A stretch of 48,595 bases of DNA from Actinomycetota bacterium (GTDB lineage Bacteria > Actinomycetota > AC-67): positions 1 through 48,595 of the forward strand of contig JBKHYG010000025.1 of the NCBI GenBank assembly GCA_046565595.1, in the 5' to 3' direction. A program made the translations under genes and the position numbers. This document shows, piece by piece, positions 37,452-47,300 of the stretch (position 1 is its first letter; every line of letters starts with the position of its first letter). The notes under the pieces were generated by a model, which was not told the DNA's origin, ran no database searches, and saw only the letters and a program-made list of their open reading frames with translations.

Positions 37452-40400
37452 GCCAGAGCCTCTCGACCAAGCAGCGTCTTCAACTCCGCATAGAGTTCTC
37501 CGGAACGCTCCACGCAGAAAGACTTCTGGAGACGGAGCGTCTTAACACCGTTACCGCTACGCATGGCGATGTGGACCGGCGTCACTCCTCCATAGCGTTC
37601 GAGGATCGCCTTCAACCGGGCTACGAAGTTGGGCGTCACGACCTCTGAAGGGACCGTCAGGACCAGAGGCTCGATCTTCCCGGAGGTGTCCAGAGGCTTG
37701 ACCTCGACGGCGACGATCTGCGGCTTCTCCCCGCGCTCGTCGGTCCGGCCGCGAACGACGACGATCGCGTCGTCATGCAAACCTGCTTCGATCTGTGCGT
37801 AGGTGGCGGGGAAGACGACCACATCGACGCTCGCGTCCAGATCCTCGAGCGTGAAGGAGGCCATCGCTTGGTTCCTCTTGGTGTATCGCCGCTGCAGGCG
37901 ACTGACCAGCCCAGCGATCGTCACCTTCGTCTCGGGGGGCAGTCCCGCCAGGGCAGCGATCGAGTTCTCCGAGCTCGCTCGTAAAGCGGCCTCCACCTGC
38001 AGCAGAGGATGGTCGCTCACATATGCGCCGAGGAGTTCCTTCTCTCCGCGAAGCAGCAACAACGGTTCGATGTAGGCCCCGTCGTCGGTCAGATCGATGA
38101 CCTCGATGGTGCTCGCCTCTGTCGACCCGAACAAGCTGAACTGGCCTGCCTCTTCCGCGCGTGCACGCTCCAGTGCGGCGTTCGCGATCTGCTGGGCGCG
38201 GTGCCCAAGCATCAGGGTTCCCTTCTCGAGATCGATCTCGAGCAGTGCCGTCCGTGGGATACCTAGCGAGTCGAAGGCTCCCGATTTCGCGAGCGACTCG
38301 AGGACCTTCTTGTTCAAGCAGACCGCGTCGACCTTCGAGCAGAAGTCGCTGAACGAGGTGAAGGTGCCCTTCTGTCTGCGTGCCGCCATGATGCGCTCGG
38401 CGACGGAAGTACCGAGGCCCTTCACGGCTGCCAGCCCGTAGCGGATCGTGCCTTGCTCGGTCGGGGTGAAATCGATACCCGAAGAGTTGACATCCGGAGG
38501 CTCGAGTCGGATCCCGAGACGACGGCACTCCGACAGGTAGGTGATCGTGTTGTCGTTGGAGTTCTTGAAGCTCGCGAGCAGGGCCGCCATGTACTCGACG
38601 GGGTGATGGGCCTTCAGATAGGCGGTCTGATAGGCGACCAGCCCGTAGCAGGCGGAATGGCTCTTGTTGAACCCGTAACCTGCGAAGTACTCGACCAGCT
38701 GCCACAGTTCCGTGGCGAGCGTCGGCGCGTACCCCTTGGCGATGCACCCATCGACGAAGCGTTTGCGCTGGACCTGCATGCCCGCGTCGTCCTTCTTGCC
38801 GACGGCCTTGCGGAATGCGTCAGCTTCGGGCGCGGAGAATCCGGCGATGTCTGTCGCGATCCGTATGACCTGCTCCTGGTAGACGATGATCCCATAGGTC
38901 GAACTGAGGATCGGCTCCAGGTCCGGGTGCGGATAGGTGACCTTCTGTCGCCCGTGCTTGCGCTCCACATAGTTGTTATGCATCCCGGCGTCCATAGGAC
39001 CCGGCCGATACAGGGCGACCAAGGCGATCACATCTTCGAAGGTATCTGGCCGCAGTTTGCGTACGAGGTCCCGCATCCCGTCCTGGCTCAGTTGGAAGAC
39101 TCCCACGGTCTCTCCGCTGCCCAACAGCTCGAAGGTCTTGGCGTCATCGAGCGGGATGGCATCGATGTCGAGGGTGACGCCCTTCTCCTTCAGATGTGCG
39201 AGCGTGTCCACGACCACGGTCAGGTTGCGCAGGCCGAGGAAATCCATCTTCAGCAGGCCGAGAGCAGCGACGGCACCCATCTCGTACTGGGTGACCACAT
39301 TGCCGCCGAGCGCTTCGTTGCGCCATACCGGCACGACCTCGGTGACCGGCACATCGCTGATGACGACACCGGCGGCGTGAACACCCGCTTGGCGTCTGAG
39401 GCCCTCCAGACCTCGCGCGATATCCAGGACCTCCTTGGCGTCCGGATCGCGATCATTGGCGGCACGCAACTCTGCAGCCTGCCCGAAGGCGAGGTTCTTC
39501 CCGGGCTCGGGCCATTCCTGTTTGGGATCGAAGCAGGCCTCCAGCGGCGCGTCCTTGCCTCGGTAGGAGGCTGGATACATCTTGGCCAATTGGTCGCCGA
39601 GCGAATACGGCTTGCCGAGGACGCGCGCGGCGTCACGGATCGCTTGCTTGCCTTTGATCGTCGAGAAGGTGACGATCTGCGCGACATGGTCTTCGCCGTA
39701 TCTCCGCGCCGCGTACTCGATCACCTTGCCGCGTCCGCGATCGTCGAAATCCATATCGATGTCGGGCATCTCCTTGCGTCCCGGGTTCAGGAAACGCTCG
39801 AATATCAGCCCGTACTTCAAGGGATCTAGATCCACGATGCCGAGGCAATAGGAGACGACGCTTCCGGCAGCGCTCCCCCGCCCCGGGCCGACACGGACCT
39901 CGTTCTCGCGGGCGAAACGGATCAGATCCGCGACGATGAGGAAATACGCCGCGAAACCCATGTCGATGATGACATCGAGTTCGTAGTTGATGCGTTCTGT
40001 GACCTCGGCTGGCAGTTGGTCTCCGTAGCGTTCACGCGCACCTCGCATCGTCTCGGAACGCAGGAAGGTGTCAACATCGGACCCGTCTGGTGTCTCGAAC
40101 CGTGGTAGCCGGTACACGCCATACTCGAGGTTCACCTGAGCGCGTTCCGCGATCAGCAGCGTGTTGTCGCAAGCCTCGGGCAACTCATCGAACATCGACC
40201 GCATCTGCGCAGGTGACTTCAGGTAGAACTCTTGCGCGTCGAATCGGAACCTGCCGGGCTCGTTGATCGTCGCTCCGGTCTGTATGCAGAGCAGTGCGTC
40301 GTGAGCCTCGGCATCTTCTTTACGCGTGTAGTGCAGATCGTTGCTCGCTACCAGTGGCGCATCGGCGCGTCTGGCCGATTCGACCAGTCCCTTGAACACC

Positions 40401-40957
40401 TGGTCCTGTTCGGCAAGGCCGTGATGCATGAGTTCCACGAAGAAGTTCTCGCGACCGAAGATCTCCTGGTACCCGCCGATGGTCCTAAGGGCTGCGTCCT
40501 CGTCGCCCTGCAAGAGCTGCTGGTTGGCCTCTCCGGCCAGGCATCCGCTGGTTGCGACGATGCCCTCGGCATGTTCAGCGAGCAGATCCTTATCGACCCG
40601 CGGACGGTAGTAGTAGCCCTCGAGGCTGGCGGCGCTGACCAGTTTCATCAGGTTGCGGTACCCGATGTCGCTGACCGCCCATGCGGTCATGTGGTGGTTA
40701 CCGTCGCGCTCCTTGGCGCTCTTGTCGAACCGTGTGCGCGTGGCCACATACAGTTCACAGCCGATGATCGGACGGATGCCGGCCTTGGTGGCCGCCTGAT
40801 GAAGGACGGGCGCCCCATACATGTAGCCGTGGTCGGTGATCCCGATGCCCGGCATCCCCATGCTGACCGCCTCGGAGACCAGGTCATCGACCCGGGCAGC
40901 ACCGTCGAGCATCGAGTACTCGGTGTGCACATGTAGGTGCACGAAACTGTCTGCCAC
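37448..40957 (-). CDS. dnaE: DNA polymerase III alpha subunit (DnaE1 type)
   Basis: PHP motif FVHLHVHTEYSMLDGA, TDHG, GPGRGSAAGS, catalytic MPDIDMDF, HAAG, KMDFLGL, YGFNKSH, C-terminal OB fold; no intein-sized insertion. Confidence 0.98.
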   Translation of the reverse strand: MADSFVHLHVHTEYSMLDGAARVDDLVSEAVSMGMPGIGITDHGYMYGAPVLHQAATKAGIRPIIGCELYVATRTRFDKSAKERDGNHHMTAWAVSDIGYRNLMKLVSAASLEGYYYRPRVDKDLLAEHAEGIVATSGCLAGEANQQLLQGDEDAALRTIGGYQEIFGRENFFVELMHHGLAEQDQVFKGLVESARRADAPLVASNDLHYTRKEDAEAHDALLCIQTGATINEPGRFRFDAQEFYLKSPAQMRSMFDELPEACDNTLLIAERAQVNLEYGVYRLPRFETPDGSDVDTFLRSETMRGARERYGDQLPAEVTERINYELDVIIDMGFAAYFLIVADLIRFARENEVRVGPGRGSAAGSVVSYCLGIVDLDPLKYGLIFERFLNPGRKEMPDIDMDFDDRGRGKVIEYAARRYGEDHVAQIVTFSTIKGKQAIRDAARVLGKPYSLGDQLAKMYPASYRGKDAPLEACFDPKQEWPEPGKNLAFGQAAELRAANDRDPDAKEVLDIARGLEGLRRQAGVHAAGVVISDVPVTEVVPVWRNEALGGNVVTQYEMGAVAALGLLKMDFLGLRNLTVVVDTLAHLKEKGVTLDIDAIPLDDAKTFELLGSGETVGVFQLSQDGMRDLVRKLRPDTFEDVIALVALYRPGPMDAGMHNNYVERKHGRQKVTYPHPDLEPILSSTYGIIVYQEQVIRIATDIAGFSAPEADAFRKAVGKKDDAGMQVQRKRFVDGCIAKGYAPTLATELWQLVEYFAGYGFNKSHSACYGLVAYQTAYLKAHHPVEYMAALLASFKNSNDNTITYLSECRRLGIRLEPPDVNSSGIDFTPTEQGTIRYGLAAVKGLGTSVAERIMAARRQKGTFTSFSDFCSKVDAVCLNKKVLESLAKSGAFDSLGIPRTALLEIDLEKGTLMLGHRAQQIANAALERARAEEAGQFSLFGSTEASTIEVIDLTDDGAYIEPLLLLRGEKELLGAYVSDHPLLQVEAALRASSENSIAALAGLPPETKVTIAGLVSRLQRRYTKRNQAMASFTLEDLDASVDVVVFPATYAQIEAGLHDDAIVVVRGRTDERGEKPQIVAVEVKPLDTSGKIEPLVLTVPSEVVTPNFVARLKAILERYGGVTPVHIAMRSGNGVKTLRLQKSFCVERSGELYAELKTLLGREALA

Positions 40958-40975
40958 GACCCCTGTCTCCGCTCC

Positions 40976-41044
40976 GCCTCGGGTCCCCTCCGAGGCATCG
41001 AAATCACGCTCGTGCGATTCTACGGAGGGCGGCCGTTAGGTCAA
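40976..41044 (-). promoter_or_regulatory. dnaE promoter and 5' UTR hairpin
   Basis: TTGACC (41039-41044), 16-nt spacer, TAGAAT (41017-41022); leader hairpin GCCUCGG-AGGGGAC-CCGAGGC at 40976-40996. Confidence 0.6.
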
Positions 41045-41076
41045 CGGCCCGCTCATCTCCGCTGGTCAGAGACCTA

Positions 41077-41706
41077 TCAGGGACGGCGAAGGGTCGCGAT
41101 GACCTGCGGGTCGACCACGGGTATACCGGGAGCGATCCTGAAGCGTTGGCGGGTTTCGCCTTCGACCGCGAAACCAGCGTCCTGGAGCGGCCGGATGGGG
41201 TCCCGTGTGAGCCTGCAGCCACCCGCGAGCATCTTCCAGACCGGGTCGATGCCCTTCTGAAACTTGCGCATCAGCCCCTCCTGGGGATCGAGTGTGTGCT
41301 CGAAGATCCGAGCCTGCCCGCCTGGCCTTAGGACGCGGAACGCCTCACGCGCTGCGGCCCGAACATCCTCGACGCTGCAGAGCACCAGGCAGAACACGAC
41401 CGCGTCCGCGCTCCCATCGTGCAGCGGCAGCGAGGTCGCATCACCCGGACGGACCTCTATGTTGGCTGGAACCTGGGAGGCTCGGATGGCGGCGGCCCGT
41501 CGTAGGTTCGGCTCGGGCTCGATCGCTACGACCGCCTGCACGGCCTCGGGGTAATGGTCGAACATCATGCCGTTGCCGCATCCAACCTCGACGACGGTAC
41601 CGCTCAGGCCCTTGAGCAGGCCCGCACGCATCTCCTTGAACCTGCGGCCTTCTGCCTTGGTGGTCAGTTGGTAGAAGCGGGAGAAGATCGGGCGAGTCTT
41701 GGCCAT
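41077..41706 (-). CDS. Class I SAM-dependent methyltransferase
   Basis: VVEVGCGNG, AIEPEP, GDATSLP, LVLCSV, RVLRPGG, FEH, GGCRLTRD; TGATG overlap with rluA. Confidence 0.92.
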   Translation of the reverse strand: MAKTRPIFSRFYQLTTKAEGRRFKEMRAGLLKGLSGTVVEVGCGNGMMFDHYPEAVQAVVAIEPEPNLRRAAAIRASQVPANIEVRPGDATSLPLHDGSADAVVFCLVLCSVEDVRAAAREAFRVLRPGGQARIFEHTLDPQEGLMRKFQKGIDPVWKMLAGGCRLTRDPIRPLQDAGFAVEGETRQRFRIAPGIPVVDPQVIATLRRP

Positions 41707-42674
41707 CAGTCATCCCTCCGGTGTGGAGGCCGAGTGTCCTTCTTCGGCGGCTCCAGTCGCTTGAGCGCATGGTAGGTGTCGGCGAGTTCGGGGGGAAGCG
41801 AAGACTCGAACGAGACCGCCTCTCCCGTGGTCGGGTGGACGAATCGTAGATGCTCGGCATGCAGATAGGGACGCGACAATCCAACCCGCTTGGCAACGGG
41901 GCCGGCCCCACCGTAGGTCTCATCACCGAGTACCGGCGCATCGATGGCCGCCGCATGCACCCTGATCTGATGCGTGCGTCCCGTCTCGAGGGTCGCATGG
42001 ACGATCGACACCGAGGCGATCCGCTCGACCAACTCGAAGTGCGTGACCGCCTCGCGACCCTGCGCGACGACAGCCATGCGTGTCCGATGCCTTGGATCGC
42101 GCCCTATCGGCGCATCGACGGTGACCGCGTCGTTGTCCAGCCTCGCGTCGAGGGCCGCGATGTAGCGGCGCGTGATCGCCCTGCGCTTCATCATGGCGCT
42201 CAGCTCGGCGTGGGTCTCCGGGGTGCGCGCGACGAGAAGGAGCCCACTCGTGTCCTTGTCGAGTCGATGCACGATGCCTGGCCGATCGGGATCCCCGCCG
42301 GCGGGAGGATCAGGAAGCTTCGCGAGTTGATCTACGAGGGTCGGGCCACGATGGCCAGGGGCGGGGTGCACCACGAGTCCAGCGGGTTTGTCGACGATGA
42401 GCAGCGAGTCGTCCTCGTAGAGGATCCGCGCCGCGGGAGCCTCCGCTTGCTCGGTAGGGCTTTGCACCGGCTCCTCGGGCGGCTCGATCAAGACCTGCTG
42501 TCCCTCTTCGCCTTTGGTCGAGGGTTTCACCGGGGTCCCGTCCAGTGTGACGACCCCCCTGCTGAACCAAGAGGCGACCTCGCCGCGCCCGCGCTCGAGC
42601 CGGCTAGCAAGGACCTTGTCGAGGCGGGTACCAGCGTCGTCCGGGCCAAGGGTCAAGCGCAGAGGCTCGCTCAT
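41706..42674 (-). CDS. RluA-family pseudouridine synthase with N-terminal S4 domain (RluD-like)
   Basis: GTRLDKVLA, DKPAGLVVHP, catalytic RPGIVHRLDKDTSGL, LETGRTHQIRVH, GD..YG, LHA; ATG 42674 overlaps the lspA stop. Confidence 0.95.
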   Translation of the reverse strand: MSEPLRLTLGPDDAGTRLDKVLASRLERGRGEVASWFSRGVVTLDGTPVKPSTKGEEGQQVLIEPPEEPVQSPTEQAEAPAARILYEDDSLLIVDKPAGLVVHPAPGHRGPTLVDQLAKLPDPPAGGDPDRPGIVHRLDKDTSGLLLVARTPETHAELSAMMKRRAITRRYIAALDARLDNDAVTVDAPIGRDPRHRTRMAVVAQGREAVTHFELVERIASVSIVHATLETGRTHQIRVHAAAIDAPVLGDETYGGAGPVAKRVGLSRPYLHAEHLRFVHPTTGEAVSFESSLPPELADTYHALKRLEPPKKDTRPPHRRDD

Positions 42675-43240
42675 CCCTCGGGCCCTTCGCGATCGGGAGC
42701 CTCGGGTAGATGATCTCTCTCCTCGTGATCGGGAGTTTCCTGCCGATCTTCCTCCTCGAGACCTGTGGCCGTCTTCTGCTGCCTCTCCTCTCGCCAAGAG
42801 ACGATCACCAGGGCCAAGGCACCCAATGTCACGCCCATGTCTGCAACATTGAACACGGGCCAGACCCGTAGGTCGATCATGTCGACCACATATCCAGACG
42901 GCCCGCCTGGTGCTCGAAGGAACCGGTCCACGAGGTTCCCCAAGGCTCCGCCCAGGATGACGCCGAAGCACCATGCTTGCGGGATCGATCTGAGTGTGCG
43001 GACCTGCCAAACGATCCAGATCGATATGGCCGACGCCAGGATCGTGAACAACCAGGGCACCTGGGTGAAGAGGCTGAAGGCTGCTCCCGGATTGCGCACG
43101 AAGGTCCAGTGCAGCACTCCATCGATGACGGGGATGGACTGCCCCTCGGACATCGAGGAGACGACGATCGCTTTCGTGATCTGGTCGAGGATCAGGATCG
43201 CTGCTGCCGCGATCACCAGGATCGTCGCGGGGCGCTTCAG
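42671..43240 (-). CDS. lspA: Lipoprotein signal peptidase II
   Basis: DQITK, RNPGAAFS, GALGNLVDR, VVDMID, WPVFNVAD. Start uncertain: CTG 43240 (CTGA overlap), ATG 43267 or GTG 43216. Confidence 0.93.
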   Translation of the reverse strand: MKRPATILVIAAAAILILDQITKAIVVSSMSEGQSIPVIDGVLHWTFVRNPGAAFSLFTQVPWLFTILASAISIWIVWQVRTLRSIPQAWCFGVILGGALGNLVDRFLRAPGGPSGYVVDMIDLRVWPVFNVADMGVTLGALALVIVSWREERQQKTATGLEEEDRQETPDHEERDHLPEAPDREGPEG

Positions 43241-44193
43241 CGGAGCCGTTCGTCTCTCTGCTTGCATGACAAGCACTGCGTCGCGTGTGGTAACGCCATG
43301 AGGCGCACCTTCGGGATCGCCGCACCGCAGGTCTCGCAGAGCCCGTAACGGCCCTCATCGATCAGCCGGAGGGCGCGCTCGGTCCGTGCAAGCAGGTCCT
43401 GCTCGTTCGCATTGATCGAGAACTGTTTCTCTCGCTCGAATGTGGAAGTGCCGGCGTCCGCATATTCCTCGTCGTAACCGGTCTCGTCCGCCAGCTCACG
43501 GACGGCCTTCTCGCTCTCAGCAACCTCAGCGATGAGGTTGGCCTTCTGTTCCTCGAGCTGGAGCCTCAACTTCTCGACATCGCGTTTACCGATCTCTGGC
43601 TTCGCGGGTTTGGCGGGCTTGCGAGGAGGTGGCGGGGCGACCTTCTTGGCGGTCTTCGCCGCGGGCTTCAGGGGCTTGACCTTGGGTGCGGCTTTCTTCT
43701 TCTGAGCGGCCGCCTTCTTAGGCGCAGCCTTCTTGGTTGCTGGCTTCTTTGGGGCGGGCTTCTTTGGGGCGGGCTTCTTCTTCGGCGCAGCCTTCTTCGT
43801 TACAGTCTTCTTGGACGCAGCCTTCTTCTTTGCAGGTTTCTTGGACGCAGCTTTCTTGGTCGGAGCCTTCTTCGGCGCAGTCTTCCTCTTCGGAGCGGCT
43901 TTGCGCGCGGCCACCCTCTTGGCGGCCGGCTTCTTCGCTGCCGGCTTCTTCGCTGCCGGCTTCTTCGCTGCGGGCTTCTTGCGGACCGCGGTCTTGCGGG
44001 CCGCGGGCTTACGGGCAGTCGCCTTCTTGCTGGCGCCCTTCTTGACCGACGGCTTCCGAACAGGCTTCTTGGCGGCCGCCTTCCGGGGCGCCTTCCTGGC
44101 GGAGGTCTTCCGGGCGGCGGTCTTCCGGGCAGGCGCCCGCTTCGAGGCAGACTTCCCCTTGGCCGATGCCTTCTTAGCGCTAGCGCGGGCCAC
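43237..44193 (-). CDS. Histone-H1-like K/A/P-rich domain fused to a DksA/TraR C4 zinc finger (Streptomyces DdbA-like)
   Basis: About 200 aa of PAAKK/ARK repeats, then a coiled coil with acidic tip DEEYADAG..TFERE and YGLCETCG..IPKVRL.ALP.A..CLSCK; GTG 44193 with GAGGAG SD. Confidence 0.9.
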   Translation of the reverse strand: MARASAKKASAKGKSASKRAPARKTAARKTSARKAPRKAAAKKPVRKPSVKKGASKKATARKPAARKTAVRKKPAAKKPAAKKPAAKKPAAKRVAARKAAPKRKTAPKKAPTKKAASKKPAKKKAASKKTVTKKAAPKKKPAPKKPAPKKPATKKAAPKKAAAQKKKAAPKVKPLKPAAKTAKKVAPPPPRKPAKPAKPEIGKRDVEKLRLQLEEQKANLIAEVAESEKAVRELADETGYDEEYADAGTSTFEREKQFSINANEQDLLARTERALRLIDEGRYGLCETCGAAIPKVRLMALPHATQCLSCKQRDERLR

Positions 44194-44246
44194 CCGATCA
44201 ACTCCTCTCGCCGGCAGGATCCCTGCCTGACTGTGAAAGACGCCGC

Positions 44247-44275
44247 AGGGTAGCACCCCGCATCGGAAGGGTCAA
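44247..44275 (-). promoter_or_regulatory. Promoter of the DksA-like/lspA/rluA operon
   Basis: TTGACC-17nt-TACCCT with TG extended -10. Confidence 0.65.
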
Positions 44276-44313
44276 TCATCGCCGCAGGTCAGAGGCTATG
44301 ATGCCTCGCCGAT

Positions 44314-47300
44314 ATGACCGACCACGACGCCTTCTCCCCCGTCCCGCCTAAGCCCGATCATGTGGCTCTCGAACACGAGATCCTCGAGCTCTGGGAGGCT
44401 GAGGGGACATTCGAGCGGTTGCGCGACCGTAACCGCGGGAACCAACCATGGTCGTTCGTGGACGGACCGATCACCGCGAACAACTCGATGGGGGTTCATC
44501 ACGCCTGGGGTCGGTCCCTCAAGGACATCTTCCAGCGCTTCTATGCGGCCAACGGCCACGATCAGCGCTACCAGAACGGGTTCGACTGTCAGGGCCTGTG
44601 GGTCGAGGTCGAGGTCGAGAAGACCCTAGGGCTGAACTCCAAACCCGAGATCGAGGAGTACGGGCTAGATCGGTTCGCGCGCGCATGCCGGGACAGGGTC
44701 GCCGAGTACTCCGGTGTGATGACCCGTCAATCCAAGCGGCTCGGCCAATGGATGGAGTGGGACTCTTCCTACTTCACGATGACCGACACGAACATCTCCT
44801 ACATCTGGACCTTCCTGAAGGAATGCCACGACCGTGGGTGGCTCTATGTGGGGCACAGGTCCATGCCCTGGTGTCCCCGATGCGGGACATCGCTCAGCCA
44901 GCACGAACTGATCGACTCCTACGCCGACCTGACGCATCCATCGATCTTCGTCCGGTTCCCGCTGACCGATGCTGACGGCGAGTATCTGGTCGCTTGGACG
45001 ACCACGCCGTGGACGCTGCCAGCGAACACCGCGGCGGCGGTCCATCCAGATCAGACCTATGTGCGCGTCCAGACCGCCGACGGGATCGCCATCGTGGCAG
45101 AGGCACGCCTCGAGGATTCCCCCATCGAGGGCGACATCCTCGAACGCCTACCCGGCAGTGCGCTGGTCGGACGCACCTACACGGGACCGTTCGGCTACCT
45201 GCCCGTCCAGGCCGATGTGACCCCCAGGGTCGTGGCATGGGATGAGGTTTCGATCGAAGACGGCACCGGCATCGTCCACATCGCCCCCGGTTGCGGCGCC
45301 GAAGACTTCGAACTGAGCAAGATCGAGGGACTGCCCGCCCTGGTTCCGATCGACGAGAGCGGCTGTTTCGTCGAAGGGCATGACCGATTCACTGGACTCG
45401 CAACCTCCGTCGCCAGGCAGCAGCTGATCGACGACCTCGAGTCGCGCGGGGTCCTGCAGCAGGCCGGCGAGATCACGCACCGCTATCCGGTGTGTTGGCG
45501 GTGCAGCACCGAACTCGTCTATCGCCTGGTGGACGAATGGTTCATCCGGTGCGACGAGGTGCGGCAACCCATGATCGAGGCCGCGCGCACCGTCTCGTGG
45601 AACCCTCCGCAATACGGGAAGCGGATGGAGGACTGGCTGAGGAACATGGGCGACTGGTGCATCAGCCGCAAGCGCTACTGGGGATTGCCTCTCCCCTTCT
45701 GGTTCTGCCCCGACGGCCACATGACGCTGATCGGCTCGAAGGCTGAACTCCTCGAGAGGGCGACCGAAGGCGCCGAGGGGCTCGAGGAACTACACCGGCC
45801 CTGGATCGACGCCGTGAAGATCGATTGCGGCACCTGCGGCGAACCGGCCACCAGGACCACCGATGTTGGGGATTGCTGGCTGGATGCGGGGATCGTGCCG
45901 TTCTCGACGATGGGTTGGCGCAACGACACGGCCATCGAAGGCGGATACGCCGAAGGTGCCGGCGAGGGTCTGACCAACGCCGATCTGCCCGACCATACCT
46001 ACTGGGAGCGTTGGTTCCCGGCCGATTTCATCTCCGAGATGCGTGAGCAGATCCGCCTGTGGTTCTACTCGCTGCTGTTCATGAGCGTCGTGCTTGACGG
46101 CAGAGCTCCGTATCGGAATGTGTTGACCTACGAGAGGGTCCACGACGAGACCGGCCGCCCGATGCACAAGTCGTGGGGGAACGCGATCTGGTTCGATGAC
46201 GCCGTCGAAACGATGGGTGCGGATGTCATGCGCTGGATGTATTCCTCTCAGAATCCAGCGGCGAACCTGAACTTCGGGTACGGGCCTGCCAACGAGACCA
46301 AACGGCGTCTGCTGACGCTGTGGAATGTCTACAAGTTCTTCGTCGACTATGCGACGATCAACGGATGGTCACCCGCGAACGCTTCGCTGGAGGGGCCAGA
46401 TACCGACGCCCTGACCGATCTGGATCGGTGGATGATCGCGCGCACCCAGGAACTCGTGGTCGAAGCGAACGAGGCTTACCGCGCCTATGACACACCCCGA
46501 CTGATCCGGCAAGCGGCCTCGTTCATCGAGGACTCGTCCAACTGGTACCTGCGGACCTCGCGCAGCCGCTTCTGGAAGAACGATGATCGAGCCGACACCG
46601 ACGCGGCGACCGAGACCCTCTGGTATGCACTGGTCACCTTCTGCCGGGTGATCGCACCGATCATGCCGTTCCTGGCTGACCACATCTGGCGCAACCTCGT
46701 CTCGGGAACCGGTAACGAACCGAGCGTCCATCTATCCGGCTGGCCGAAGATGCAAGAGCCGGATCGAACGCTCTTGGCGGACATGGATGCGGTCCGACAT
46801 GTGGTCGAACTCGGCCGTTCCGCCCGCGCGGAAGCGAAGATCAAGAACCGTCAGCCGCTGGCGAAGATGACGGTGGCGACCGACGACCCAACGGCCCGCG
46901 CTGCGATCGAGAGGCACGCGGCGTTGATCGCGTCGGAACTGAGCGTCAAGCGGGTCGAAGTGACCGACTCGAGTGAAGGATTCGCAACCTCGGTGGTGGT
47001 TCCGAACTTCCGCGTACTCGGTCCCAAGCTGGGACCGTCGCTTCCCAAGGTCACCGACGCGGTCAAGCGCGGCGATTACACCTTCGACGGAGAGACCGTG
47101 CTGGTCGGTGATGTTCGCCTGTCTCCGGATGAGTACGAACTTAGAACCACGGCCAAGGAGGGACTGGCGGTCACGGCGGATGAAGGCTTCGCTTGCGCGC
47201 TGGACACCGAGATGACCGATGAGTTGGCGCGCGAGGGACGCATGCGCGATCTGGTCAGACAGATCCAGGATCTGCGCAAGCAACACGACCTCGAACTGAC

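Noticed and set aside
37448-40957. Intein in dnaE
   Set aside because: Length (1169 aa) is normal and no splicing or LAGLIDADG motifs are visible.
42675-43358. 550-aa RluA with a long N-terminal extension, as in the ORF track
   Set aside because: The extension is an alternate frame across lspA; the real start is the ATG at 42674.
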